A stretch of DNA of 64,000 nt, from the NCBI GenBank assembly GCA_964447335.1, contig CAYUSA010000008.1, positions 4,863 through 68,862 on the forward strand, read 5' to 3'. The position numbers and the translations under genes are program-made. This DNA is from an uncultured Actinomycetes bacterium (GTDB lineage: Bacteria > Actinomycetota > UBA4738 > HRBIN12). Below the pieces are notes generated by a model. That model saw only the letters and a list, made by a program, of their open reading frames with translations. It was not told the origin of the DNA and did no database searches. This document shows, piece after piece, positions 18,631 to 28,526 of this stretch (within the stretch, counting starts at the first letter, position 1; each line of letters begins with the position of its first letter).

Positions 18631-19320
18631 GTGCCGATCCTCCGCGATTTCGAGCGCCGCCTCGGGAACCTGGTCGAGGGCTTCTTCGCGACCACGTTCC
18701 GCAGCGGCCTGCAGCCCGTCGAGCTCGCGAAGCGCGTGATGCGCGAGATGGACGCCGGCAAGACCGTGGGTGTGCGCGACGTCTGGTCGCCGAACCGCTT
18801 CGTGTTCTCGCTGTCCGAGGAGGACGGCAACCGCTACGAACAGGCCGAGCAGGCGCTGATCGCCGAGCTCCGGCAGGTCGTTCGCGAGACCGCCCTCGAG
18901 CGCGGGTGGGGCCTCGTCGGCCCGCCGGAGGTCGAGCTCGAGGTCGACGAGACGCTCGCGCGCGGTCGGTTCCGGTGCGTCGCGAGCTTCGTCGAGGGCC
19001 CCGGCGAGGTGCCGCCGGCCGTCCCCGCCGCCGGAGAGGGTGGCCTCGTGCTCATGGACGGCGAGCGGGTCGCGGACACGTTCCGGCTGCGCCAGGCGAC
19101 GACGATCGGCCGCGCCCCCGGGTGCGAGATCGTGATCGGCGATCCCGCCGCCTCGAGACAACACGCCCGGATCCTGCGGCGCGACGACGGCTATGTCGTG
19201 TCGGATCTCGGCTCGACGAACGGGACGCTCGTGAACGGAGACCCGGTCACCGAGCGGCTCCTCGTCGACGGCGACCGCATCACCATCGGTAGCACCGTGT
19301 TCGAGTTCCGGAGGGGCTGA
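18631..19320 (+). CDS. fhaA: FhaA (DUF3662 + FHA domain)
   Basis: LRDFERRL..LVEG.F...FRSGLQPVELAK; IGR, ASRQHA, DLGSTNGT. Confidence 0.9.
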   Translation: MPILRDFERRLGNLVEGFFATTFRSGLQPVELAKRVMREMDAGKTVGVRDVWSPNRFVFSLSEEDGNRYEQAEQALIAELRQVVRETALERGWGLVGPPEVELEVDETLARGRFRCVASFVEGPGEVPPAVPAAGEGGLVLMDGERVADTFRLRQATTIGRAPGCEIVIGDPAASRQHARILRRDDGYVVSDLGSTNGTLVNGDPVTERLLVDGDRITIGSTVFEFRRG

Positions 19321-19785
19321 ATGTCGCCCTTCGTCCTGTCGGTGCTGAAGTACGCGCTCCTCGCGCTCCTGTACTTCTTCATCTACCGCGCCGTGCGCTC
19401 GGTCGCCGTCGACCTGTCGGGACGGCGTGGAGCATCGACCGGCGGGACCGCGGCGCCGAAGCCCGCGAAGCCCGCGCCCGCCCGAGGCGGGAAGGCGCCG
19501 ACGAGTCTCGTGGTGCACGCGCCCGAAGCCCGCAGGCCGAAGACCTACCGGCTGAGCGGCACGCTCGAGATCGGCCGGGCCGAGGCCTGCAAGGTCCGCC
19601 TCGACGACACCTACGCGTCGCAGCACCACGCGCGCCTGTCCCCGAGCGACGGAGCCTGGACGGTCGAGGACCTCGGCTCGACGAACGGGACGTACCTGAA
19701 CGACCGCAGGCTCCAGTCCGCCGTCCAGGTCCACGCGGGCGACGTGCTGAAGATCGGCAAGACGGTGCTGGAGCTCCGCCGATGA
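19321..19785 (+). CDS. fhaB: FhaB/FipA membrane-anchored FHA protein
   Basis: N-terminal TM; IGR, YASQHHA, EDLGSTNGTYLN. Confidence 0.9.
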   Translation: MSPFVLSVLKYALLALLYFFIYRAVRSVAVDLSGRRGASTGGTAAPKPAKPAPARGGKAPTSLVVHAPEARRPKTYRLSGTLEIGRAEACKVRLDDTYASQHHARLSPSDGAWTVEDLGSTNGTYLNDRRLQSAVQVHAGDVLKIGKTVLELRR

Positions 19786-21017
19786 GAGCCGTCGTCGCCT
19801 CGGCCACCGACATCGGCCACGTCCGCGAGGGCAACGAGGACTCCTACCTCGTGATGGCGCCCCTGTTCGCGGTCGCCGACGGCATGGGCGGCCACCGCGG
19901 CGGCGAGGTCGCGTCGAGCCTCGCGGTCGACACCCTCGAGCGGCTGTTCGCGCAGGGCGAGGGCGAGCTCCTCGAGCAGATCCGCGAGGCCAACCGCGTC
20001 GTCTTCGAACGCTCCATGGCCGACCGCGCCGTCGCCGGGATGGGCACGACCCTCACGGCCGTCCTGCTCAAGGACGACCGCGCGCACCTCGCGCACGTCG
20101 GCGACTCGCGCGCCTACGTGTTCCGCGGCGGCGAGCTCCGGCTCCTCACCGAGGACCACACCCTCGTCCACCGCATGGTCATGGAGGGCGAGCTGACCGA
20201 GGCCGAGGCCGAGACCCATCCGCATCGCAGCATCCTCACCCGGGTGATCGGGGTCGACGCCGACGTCGAGGTCGACGAGATCGAGCTCGATCTCCACCCC
20301 GGCGACCGCCTGCTCCTGTGCTCCGACGGCCTCACCGGCATGCTGGGCGACGAAGACATCGCCCGCACACTCGCCGAGCACCCCGACCCCCAGAGTGCGG
20401 TCGACCGCCTCATCCGCGACGCCAACGATGCCGGCGGCGTCGACAACATCACCGCCCTCCTCATCGACCTCCACGAAGGCCCCCCCGACCCCCCGATGCA
20501 GCCCCGAAGCATGACGTCGGGTGTAGCCGCGCCCCGCACCCAGGCCGAAGCGGCCGATCCGGAGGTGGCCACGGACACGGTTAGCAGGGGAGGTCGTGCG
20601 GAGCCGACCTCTCGGTCGGCGGAGCAGGAGCCTCCCCGGCCTCCCCGGCGATCTCTGGCCAGCCGGAAACGCCTCCCCTGGACTCGCCTAGCCCGCTGGA
20701 TCGCCCTCACCCTCGCCGTCCTGGCCGTCGCCTTCGTCGGCGTCCGTGTCTACCTCGACCTGCAGTGGTACGTCGGCGTCTCCGACGGCCGCGTCGCGGT
20801 GTTCCGAGGCATCCCCGCCGAGGTCGGCGGCTTCCGGCTCCACCACGTCGTCGTCGAGACGACCATCCGCGCCGAGGACGCGCTGGCGCTCGCGTTCTAC
20901 CGCAACCTCACGGACGGGATCACCGCCGACGACCGCGCCGAGGCCGACGCGATCGTCGAGCAGATCCGTGCCGACGTAGCGGAGGCGAGCGGCGCCTTCC
21001 AGGGCCCGGCCCCGTGA
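19782..21017 (+). CDS. pstP: PP2C-type Ser/Thr phosphatase with C-terminal TM and extracellular domain
   Basis: REGNED, VADGMGGH, GMGTT, AHVGDSRAY, LLCSDGL, GGVDNIT. Confidence 0.93.
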   Translation: MRAVVASATDIGHVREGNEDSYLVMAPLFAVADGMGGHRGGEVASSLAVDTLERLFAQGEGELLEQIREANRVVFERSMADRAVAGMGTTLTAVLLKDDRAHLAHVGDSRAYVFRGGELRLLTEDHTLVHRMVMEGELTEAEAETHPHRSILTRVIGVDADVEVDEIELDLHPGDRLLLCSDGLTGMLGDEDIARTLAEHPDPQSAVDRLIRDANDAGGVDNITALLIDLHEGPPDPPMQPRSMTSGVAAPRTQAEAADPEVATDTVSRGGRAEPTSRSAEQEPPRPPRRSLASRKRLPWTRLARWIALTLAVLAVAFVGVRVYLDLQWYVGVSDGRVAVFRGIPAEVGGFRLHHVVVETTIRAEDALALAFYRNLTDGITADDRAEADAIVEQIRADVAEASGAFQGPAP

Positions 21018-22333
21018 GCCAGGCCGCCGTCCCCCGCGGGCGCCCTCGGCAGGGGGTGGCCATCGCGTTCACGATCCTCGCGCTCGTGATCGCCGTCGGC
21101 GCGTACGTGCTCGCGGGGTTCGGCAAACGCGGCCAGGTCCCGGCCACGTTCGTCCTGTACGGCTCGATCTTCGCCGTGGGCTACCTGGTCTCGGCGCTCG
21201 TGATCCGCCGGTTCGCGCCGAGCGCCGACCCCGCGATGTTCCCGACGGCCGCCGTGCTCACCGGCCTCGGCTTCGCGATGATCTTCCGCCTCTCGGGCGG
21301 TCTCGCGGCCGAGCAGGCCACGTGGGTTGCGGTCGGGCTCGGCGCGTTCTGCGTGACGCTGATCGTCGTCCGCGACCACCGGCAGCTCGATGCCTACACG
21401 TACACGATCGGCCTCGTCGGCCTCGTGCTGCTGCTCCTGCCGGTGGTCCCGGGACTCGGGCGCACGATCAACGGGGCTCGGCTGTGGGTGAAGCTCGGAC
21501 CCATCGGGTTCCAGCCCTCCGAGATCGGCAAGGTCCTCATCGTCGTGTTCCTCGCGTCGTACCTGAACCAGAAGCGTGAGCTGCTCCGCGTCGCGACCGG
21601 CGGGTTCGGACCGCTGCGGCTGCCACCCGCCAAGCACCTCATGCCGGTGCTCGTCGCGTGGGGCACGTCCCTCGTCGTCCTGTTCCTGCAGCGCGACCTC
21701 GGCGCCTCGCTGCTGTACTTCGGGATCTTCGTCGTGATGCTCTGGGTCGCGACCGGCCGGGTCGCCTACCTGGCGATCGGGCTCGTGCTGTTCGCGCTGG
21801 GCGCGGGGCTCGGGTACCAGGCGTTCGACCATGTCCAGCTCCGCGTCGACGTGTGGCTGCACGCGCTCGACCCGGCCAAGGTGTTCGAGACCGGGTTCGG
21901 GCAGCTCGCCCAGGCCCAGTTCGGGATGGGGACGGGCGGGCTCGTCGGCGCCGGGCTCGGGCGCGGCTCGCCGGGGCTCATCCCGTTCGCCTCGACCGAC
22001 TTCATCTTCGCGGCGATCGGCGAGGAGCTCGGGCTGTTCGGAGCGGCCGGCGTGCTGCTGCTGTACGTCGCGCTCGTCGGCAAGGGGCTGCGCGCGGCGC
22101 TCGCGTGCGCCGACGGGTTCGGCCGGCTGCTCGCGGCCGGACTCGCGACCGCGGTCGCGCTGCAGACGTTCGTGATCGTCGGCGGCGTGACGAGGGTGAT
22201 CCCGCTCACCGGCGTCACGCTCCCGTTCGTGAGCTACGGCGGCTCGAGCCTCGTCTCGAACTTCGTGCTCCTCGCGCTGCTCGTGCGCGTCTCGTCGGGG
22301 CCGGCGCCGGTGCGCTCGAAGGGCGGCGGGTAG
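21014..22333 (+). CDS. rodA: SEDS family peptidoglycan polymerase RodA
   Basis: NGARLW, FQPSEIGK, QRDLG, TDFIFAAIGEELG, IPLTGVTLPFVSYGGSS. Confidence 0.93.
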   Translation: MSQAAVPRGRPRQGVAIAFTILALVIAVGAYVLAGFGKRGQVPATFVLYGSIFAVGYLVSALVIRRFAPSADPAMFPTAAVLTGLGFAMIFRLSGGLAAEQATWVAVGLGAFCVTLIVVRDHRQLDAYTYTIGLVGLVLLLLPVVPGLGRTINGARLWVKLGPIGFQPSEIGKVLIVVFLASYLNQKRELLRVATGGFGPLRLPPAKHLMPVLVAWGTSLVVLFLQRDLGASLLYFGIFVVMLWVATGRVAYLAIGLVLFALGAGLGYQAFDHVQLRVDVWLHALDPAKVFETGFGQLAQAQFGMGTGGLVGAGLGRGSPGLIPFASTDFIFAAIGEELGLFGAAGVLLLYVALVGKGLRAALACADGFGRLLAAGLATAVALQTFVIVGGVTRVIPLTGVTLPFVSYGGSSLVSNFVLLALLVRVSSGPAPVRSKGGG

Positions 22334-23818
22334 ATGGAGCGGCAGATCCGGCAGCTCGCGCTCGCGCTCCTCGCGCTGTTCGTCGTGCTCCTCGCGCAGA
22401 TCAGCTACATCCAGGTCGTCGCGGCCGAGCGCCTGGCCGACAACCCCGCGAACGCCAGGCGCCAGCTCATCGCCGAGTACCAGGTGGACCGCGGCTCGAT
22501 CCTGGCCGCCGACGGCACGACGATCCTGGCCGCGAGCCGCAAGAGCTCGGGCGACCTCCGCTACGAGCGCCGGTACGCGTTCGGCCCCCTCTACGCGCAC
22601 CTCACGGGCTACTACTCGTTCGTCTACGGGCGGAGCCGGCTCGAGCAGGCCTACAAGGACTTCCTGGCGGGCTCGGCGCCGCAGCTGCTGCCGCAGACGC
22701 TCGCGGACATGGTGCTCGGGCGACCGAAGCGCGGCGCCTCGATCGTGACGACCATCGACCCCGACCTCCAGGAGGCCGCCGCCGAGGCGCTCGGCGACCT
22801 CCCCGGTGCCGTCGCGGCGATCGACCCGAGGACCGGAGACGTGCTCGCGCTCGTCGCGAACCCCACGTACGACCCGAACCCGCTCTCCTCGCACGACCCC
22901 GCCCTCATCCGCGACACGTGGGCGCAGCTGAACGCAGATCCGGACAAGCCGCTGCTCTCGGCCGCGAGCGACGAGCTGTACCCGCCGGGCTCGACGTTCA
23001 AGATCCTCGTCGCGGCGGCCGCCCTCGAGAACGGCTACGGCCCCGACAGCACCTGGCCGAACCCGCACGAGCTCGACCTGCCCGACACCGTCGAGACGCT
23101 CAGCAACTTCGGCGGCGTGACGTGCTCGGGCGGCTCCGAGATCACCCTCGCCGACGCGCTGCGGCAGTCGTGCAACGTCGTGTTCGGAGAGATCGGGCTC
23201 ACGCTCGGGCCGGTCGCGCTCGCCGAGCAGGCGTGGGCGTTCGGCTTCGCGCCGTCGAGCAGCACCGGCGATGTGCCGTTCCCCATCCCGTTCCAGGAGG
23301 GCGTGTTCCCCGACCCGTCGTACTTCGCGACCCGCCGGCCTGCGGTCGCGCTCTCGGCGATCGGACAGGACAACGTCGCCGCGAACCCGCTGCAGATGGC
23401 GCTCGTGGCGGGGGCCATCGCGAACGGCGGGGTGGAGATGGTCCCCCGCCTCGTGACCGAGGTCCGAGGTCCCGACGGCCGGATCGTCGAGACCTACGAG
23501 CCCGAGATATTCTCGCGGCCCCTCTCGCCGGAGAACGCCGCGCTGCTCACGGCGATGATGGTCGACGTCGTGCAGCGCGGGACCGGAACCGCGGCGCAGA
23601 TCCCCGGCGTGACCGTGGCCGGCAAGACCGGGACGGCGCAGCACGGCGACGGAGCGGCGCCGCACGCGTGGTTCGTCTCGTTCGCGCCGGCCGAGGATCC
23701 GCAGATCGCCGTCGCCGTCATCGTGCTCGACGGCGGTAGCCTTGGCAGCGAGGCGACAGGGGGCGCGCTGGCCGCGCCCATCGCGAAGGCGGTCATGGAG
23801 GCCGCGCTCGGCCGATGA
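22334..23818 (+). CDS. pbpA: Class B penicillin-binding protein PbpA
   Basis: YPPGSTFK (SxxK), SCN, KTG motifs. Confidence 0.93.
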   Translation: MERQIRQLALALLALFVVLLAQISYIQVVAAERLADNPANARRQLIAEYQVDRGSILAADGTTILAASRKSSGDLRYERRYAFGPLYAHLTGYYSFVYGRSRLEQAYKDFLAGSAPQLLPQTLADMVLGRPKRGASIVTTIDPDLQEAAAEALGDLPGAVAAIDPRTGDVLALVANPTYDPNPLSSHDPALIRDTWAQLNADPDKPLLSAASDELYPPGSTFKILVAAAALENGYGPDSTWPNPHELDLPDTVETLSNFGGVTCSGGSEITLADALRQSCNVVFGEIGLTLGPVALAEQAWAFGFAPSSSTGDVPFPIPFQEGVFPDPSYFATRRPAVALSAIGQDNVAANPLQMALVAGAIANGGVEMVPRLVTEVRGPDGRIVETYEPEIFSRPLSPENAALLTAMMVDVVQRGTGTAAQIPGVTVAGKTGTAQHGDGAAPHAWFVSFAPAEDPQIAVAVIVLDGGSLGSEATGGALAAPIAKAVMEAALGR

Positions 23819-23828
23819 AGGGGGATGT

Positions 23829-25559
23829 GTGAGCGATCAGCCGGTGGTCCTCGGGGGCCGCTACCGCGTCGAGCGTGAGCTCGGCCGCGGCGGGATGGCC
23901 AAGGTCTTCGAGGGCACCGACACGGTCCTCGGGCGGCAGGTCGCGATCAAGATCCTGGCGCCCCGGTTCGCCGACGACGAGAGCTTCGTGCAGCGCTTCC
24001 GCCGCGAGGCCCAGGCCGCCGCGCGCCTGTCGAACCCGAACGTCGTGAGCGTCTTCGACACCGGGGCCGACGGCGGCGTCCACTTCATCGTCATGGAGTA
24101 CGTCGAGGGCCGCACGCTCGCCGACTACCTCGCCGGCGGCGGCCGCATCATGCCCGACCGCGCGATCGAGATCGCCCAGGCCGTGTCCGGGGCGCTCTCG
24201 GCCGCGCACGCGCAGGGCGTGATCCACCGCGACATCAAGCCCGGCAACATCATGCTCACGCCGGCCGGCCAGGTGAAGGTCGCCGACTTCGGCATCGCGC
24301 GGATGACGACGACCGCGGAGACGGTCGCCCAGACGGCCGCGGTCCTCGGCACGGCCTCGTACCTGTCGCCCGAGCAGGCGCAGGGGCAGCCGGTCGACGG
24401 GCGCTCGGACATCTACTCGCTCGGGTGCGTGCTGTACGAGATGGTCACGGGCCGGCCGCCGTTCCTCGGCGACTCGCCGGTCGCGGTGGCCTCCAAGCAG
24501 GTGCTCGAGCAGCCGATCACGCCCTCGAAGCTGAACGGCGACGTGACCCCGGACCTCGACGCCGTGATCCTGCGCGCGCTCGCGAAGAATCCGGCGAACC
24601 GGTACCAATCGGCCGGGGAGTTCAGAGCGGATCTCGAGCGCGCCCGCCGTGGCCTGCCGGTCGAGGCCACGCCGCTGCTCGCCGCCCCGGCGACCACGCA
24701 GGTCATCCCGCCGAGCGGCGGCGGCACGCAGGTCATGCCGCCGGTCGAGCCCGGTGGCTCGCGTTGGTGGATCCCGGTCGTCGTGATCGGGCTGCTCCTC
24801 GCGGCGATCGGCACGCTCCTGTGGCTGTTCGCGAGCAACGTCCTCGGCGGCAAGGACGAGGCCTCGCCGACACCGACGCTCGTCGCGGTGCCGAACGTGG
24901 TGGACATGCGCGTGCGCGAGGCCGAGCAGACCCTCCTCGACCAGAGATTCACGCTCGGGCCTCGGATCAACGTGGAGATCACGGACCCGGCCGCGCAGGA
25001 GGCCGGCACGGTCAAGGAGCAGGATCCGCCGGCCGGCGACCCGGTCGAGGAGGGGACGCTCGTCACCCTCACGGTCTACGTCGCGCCCGGCGAGGTGACG
25101 ATCCCGACCGTCGAGGGCATGTCGCCCGAGGACGCGCGGATCGAGCTCGAGACTGCCGGCTTCAACGTGGTCGGGACCGAAGATCAGGCGAGCGACACGA
25201 TCGACATCGGCATGGTCATCGGCACGGACCCGGCGGCCGACACCCCGGTCGAGTTCGGCTCCGACGTCATGATCATCGTCTCGACCGGCCGGGGCACGGT
25301 CACCGTGCCCGACGTCATCTGCTACAACCTCGGGCAGGCGAAGGCGCGGATCTCGGACGCGGGACTCTTCCCGGTCATCGCGTCGTCCACGCTGCCCGCG
25401 AACCCGCTCTGCCCGAACGGGAACAAGGTGGTCGACACCGACCCGGGACCGAACGAGCAGGCCCAGACCGGCGACCAGGTTCTCATCTACCTGCCGGGCC
25501 CCCCGCCGTCGCCGACCGGTCCGACCGGCGGGACGGGACCGACGGGCCCGACCGCATGA
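23829..25559 (+). CDS. pknB: Ser/Thr protein kinase with ~3 PASTA domains
   Basis: GRGGMA, VAIK, HRDIKPGN, DFGIAR, YLSPEQ; TM; VPNVV/IPTVEG/VPDVI PASTA repeats. Confidence 0.95.
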   Translation: MSDQPVVLGGRYRVERELGRGGMAKVFEGTDTVLGRQVAIKILAPRFADDESFVQRFRREAQAAARLSNPNVVSVFDTGADGGVHFIVMEYVEGRTLADYLAGGGRIMPDRAIEIAQAVSGALSAAHAQGVIHRDIKPGNIMLTPAGQVKVADFGIARMTTTAETVAQTAAVLGTASYLSPEQAQGQPVDGRSDIYSLGCVLYEMVTGRPPFLGDSPVAVASKQVLEQPITPSKLNGDVTPDLDAVILRALAKNPANRYQSAGEFRADLERARRGLPVEATPLLAAPATTQVIPPSGGGTQVMPPVEPGGSRWWIPVVVIGLLLAAIGTLLWLFASNVLGGKDEASPTPTLVAVPNVVDMRVREAEQTLLDQRFTLGPRINVEITDPAAQEAGTVKEQDPPAGDPVEEGTLVTLTVYVAPGEVTIPTVEGMSPEDARIELETAGFNVVGTEDQASDTIDIGMVIGTDPAADTPVEFGSDVMIIVSTGRGTVTVPDVICYNLGQAKARISDAGLFPVIASSTLPANPLCPNGNKVVDTDPGPNEQAQTGDQVLIYLPGPPPSPTGPTGGTGPTGPTA

Positions 25560-27175
25560 GCCTCTGGTACGTGACCGAGGGGTTCACGCCGGAGGAGCGG
25601 GCGCGGCTCGAGCCGTACTTCACGAACCTCGAGGGCCCCGTGTTCGCGCTCACGAACCTGCCCGAGGTCGTGAAGGGCGCGCTCTTCGCCCGGTACTCGC
25701 GCACGACGAAGTCGATCCGGCGGCTGTTCCTCGACGAGTTCGCGAAGGACGTCGAGGGCTTCGCGGTCACCGGTCACGTCGGCACCGAGCGCGCCGAGCG
25801 CCTGTACGACAACGTGTTCTTCGAGTACGGCGACGACTCGGTCGCGCAGCTCGGCGGCGTGCACCTCGCGTGCGAGCAGGCCTCGCAGCTCCTCGCGAAG
25901 GCGATCGAGTGGGGGCGCCTGGCCGCGTACCTCGAGCAGTCCACGCGCTACATGCGGTACGACGACAAGCCCGGCGGCCGCTGGCGCCTCACCGTCCCGC
26001 CCGAGATCGAGGGCACGCCGCTCGAGCACGGGTACCAGGACTTCGCCACGCGCACGTTCGAGGCCTACGGCCGCATGTTCCAGCCGATGTTCGACTGGTT
26101 CCAGGCGCGGTTCCCGAAGGACGAGGGCGACTCGGACTTCGTCTACCGCTCGACGATCACCGCGAAAACGTGCGACACGCTGCGCGTGCTGCTGCCGACC
26201 GGCACGCGCTCGAACCTCGGCGTGTACGCCGACGGCCAGGCGTTCGAGATGATGCTGCTCCGCATGCGTGCGCACCCGCTCGCCGAGGTGCGCGAGTACG
26301 CCGACCTCATGCTCGTCGAGCTCCGCAAGCTCATCCCCTCGTTCCTGAAGCGCGTCGACCTGCCCGACCGCGGCGGCGCGTGGTCCGAGTACCAGGCCGC
26401 GACGCGTGAGGCGGTCGCCGGGGTGGCCGCGAAGATGGCGATCGACGTCGACGCGCCCACCGGCGGTCCCGAGGTCACCCTCACCGACTGGGAGCCCGAC
26501 GGCGAGGAGAAGATCGTCGCCGCGGCCCTGTACGCGGTGACCGAGCTCCCCGACGAGCGCCTCCGCGAGCTCGCACGCGGGATGAGCCCGACCGAGCGCG
26601 CCGAGGTCCTCCGCGCGTACGTCGGCGAGCGCGGCAACCGGCGACACAAACCCGGCCGAGCCTTCGAGCGCACCGGCTACCGCTTCGACGTCCTCTGCGA
26701 CTACGGCGCCTTCCGAGACCTCCAGCGTCACCGCCCCCTCACGCTCGAGTTTCAGGTGCTCACACCCCAGCACGGGTACGCGACGCCCGAGCAGATCGAC
26801 GAGGCCGGCCTTGCCGACGAGTGGCACCGCGTGATGGAGGACTCGGCCGAGATGTGGGCCAAGCTCGCCGACGCCGCCGGCAAGGACGTCGCGCAGTACG
26901 CCGTCGCGATGGCCTACCGCATCCGCTTCGTGATGCAGATGAGCGCCCGCGAGGCGATGCACCTCATCGAGCTGCGGAGCTCACCGCAGGGCCATCCGAC
27001 GTATCGGCGCGTGGCGCACCAGATGCACGCCCTGATCCGCGAGGTGGCTGGCCACAACGCGATCGCCGAGGCGATGCGCTACGTCGATTTCAGCGACGTG
27101 GACCTCGAGCGCCTGGAGGCCGAGCGCAGAGCCGACGCCAAGCGCAGAGCCGCCCTGGACGAGGGTCGGGGTTGA
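25556..27175 (+). CDS. thyX: FAD-dependent thymidylate synthase, long two-domain form
   Basis: ALFARYSR, YGDDSVAQL, YLEQSTRY, DYGAFRDLQRHR, IELRS..QGHPTYR; ATGA overlap with pknB. Confidence 0.9.
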   Translation: MSLWYVTEGFTPEERARLEPYFTNLEGPVFALTNLPEVVKGALFARYSRTTKSIRRLFLDEFAKDVEGFAVTGHVGTERAERLYDNVFFEYGDDSVAQLGGVHLACEQASQLLAKAIEWGRLAAYLEQSTRYMRYDDKPGGRWRLTVPPEIEGTPLEHGYQDFATRTFEAYGRMFQPMFDWFQARFPKDEGDSDFVYRSTITAKTCDTLRVLLPTGTRSNLGVYADGQAFEMMLLRMRAHPLAEVREYADLMLVELRKLIPSFLKRVDLPDRGGAWSEYQAATREAVAGVAAKMAIDVDAPTGGPEVTLTDWEPDGEEKIVAAALYAVTELPDERLRELARGMSPTERAEVLRAYVGERGNRRHKPGRAFERTGYRFDVLCDYGAFRDLQRHRPLTLEFQVLTPQHGYATPEQIDEAGLADEWHRVMEDSAEMWAKLADAAGKDVAQYAVAMAYRIRFVMQMSAREAMHLIELRSSPQGHPTYRRVAHQMHALIREVAGHNAIAEAMRYVDFSDVDLERLEAERRADAKRRAALDEGRG

Positions 27176-27792
27176 GCGGACCACGCGGCAGCTTCCGGCT
27201 CCGCCGGTCGGTCGCGGGGGTGGTGATCATCTCCTCCATCTGTCTCGGTGCCGCGACCGAGGCCGACGCGACCACGACCCGCGTGCGCGTCACCGACCTG
27301 GGATTCCGACCCTCGGCCATCCGGGTCGCGCTTGGCGACTCCGTTCGGTGGACCGACATCGGCACGAGTGCGCATGTGGTGATGTCTGATCCGGCCGGGT
27401 TCTTCCGGGTGGAGCTCGAGCCAGGTGGAGATGGCCGACGAGTGATGCGATCGGCTGGGACATTCACCTACTCGTGTCGCCTCCAGCCCGACATGCGAGC
27501 GGTCGTCCGGGTGCCGGTGATCGCGGAGCCGCGAACGGGCGCCACGCCGGGAGCGCGCATCACGATCACCATCGCGACTGCTCGAGTGCAGGGCCGGACC
27601 TATGACGTTCGATGGCGGCGTGACGACGGGCGGTGGCGTGGCCTGCGACAGGACGTGCGGGCTCGCCGGGCGTTCTTCGTGCCGTCGCGGACCGGGGAGT
27701 TCGCGTTCCGAGCGCGGGTCCACTTGACCGAGAGTGGCGGCACGAGCCGCTGGTCGCCCCGCGATCGTGTTCTCGTCGTGCCTGCCCCGTAG
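27172..27792 (+). CDS. Secreted cupredoxin/plastocyanin-like protein with C-terminal beta domain
   Basis: Signal peptide; FRPSAIRVALGDSVRW, H, AGTFTYSCRLQPDM; TTG start overlapping thyX stop (start uncertain). Confidence 0.65.
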   Translation: MSGPRGSFRLRRSVAGVVIISSICLGAATEADATTTRVRVTDLGFRPSAIRVALGDSVRWTDIGTSAHVVMSDPAGFFRVELEPGGDGRRVMRSAGTFTYSCRLQPDMRAVVRVPVIAEPRTGATPGARITITIATARVQGRTYDVRWRRDDGRWRGLRQDVRARRAFFVPSRTGEFAFRARVHLTESGGTSRWSPRDRVLVVPAP

Positions 27793-27900
27793 ACCGTCGA
27801 GGACTGGCCGCGCCTCCTCATCGCCTCGCTGACGTGGTTGCCCGAGCGGGCGCACCATCCGGAGCGATGAACCGTCGCACACGCATCGGGCTATATAGGC

Positions 27901-28500
27901 GTGATGGCCGAGATACGGTCAGACGCGGAACTCGTCACTGCCTCTGCGACGCAGCCCTCCCTCTTCGCGGACGTCTTCGACCGTCATTTCGACGTCATCC
28001 ATCGCTACCTGGCAAGACGGGTAGGGCGACAACTCGCCGACGATCTCGCCGCCGAGACCTTCCTCCAGGCCTTCAAGGCTCGTGCGCGGTACGACCCGGC
28101 ACACGGCGATGCCCGACCGTGGCTGTACGGGATCGCCGCGAACCTGCTTCGCCACCACTACCGGGAAGAGCGGCGGCGCCTGATGGCGTATGCGAGGACC
28201 GGGGTCGATCCACTCGCCGATGATCTGGGGGACGCCGACTCGCGCGCCGACGCCCAGGCACTCGGCCCACGTCTCGCCCTCGCGCTTGCATCGCTTCCCG
28301 CCAGGGACCGAGAGCCCCTCCTCCTGTTGGCGTGGGGGCAGCTCAGCTATGAGGAGATCGCGAGGGCGCTCCGCGTGCCGGTCGGCACGGTTCGATCACG
28401 GCTCCACCGCGCGCGACGTCACGTGAACGAACTCGTCGGCGATCCCGGGCAATACCTCATCGAGGACGAACTCGGTCCTCGACCCGCGAGCGAAGGCTAA
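27901..28500 (+). CDS. ECF sigma-70 factor
   Basis: ADDLAAETFLQAF, PWLYGIAANL, LSYEEIARAL.VPVGTVRSRLHRAR. Confidence 0.92.
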   Translation: MMAEIRSDAELVTASATQPSLFADVFDRHFDVIHRYLARRVGRQLADDLAAETFLQAFKARARYDPAHGDARPWLYGIAANLLRHHYREERRRLMAYARTGVDPLADDLGDADSRADAQALGPRLALALASLPARDREPLLLLAWGQLSYEEIARALRVPVGTVRSRLHRARRHVNELVGDPGQYLIEDELGPRPASEG

Positions 28501-28526
28501 GCGGAAGACGAGGAGGCCTGAAACCG

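Noticed and set aside
20897-23665. Long antisense or alternate-frame ORFs (also 56254-59517, 59160-61613 and many others)
   Set aside because: Shadows of real genes caused by high GC3; Arg/Pro/Gly-rich with no motifs.
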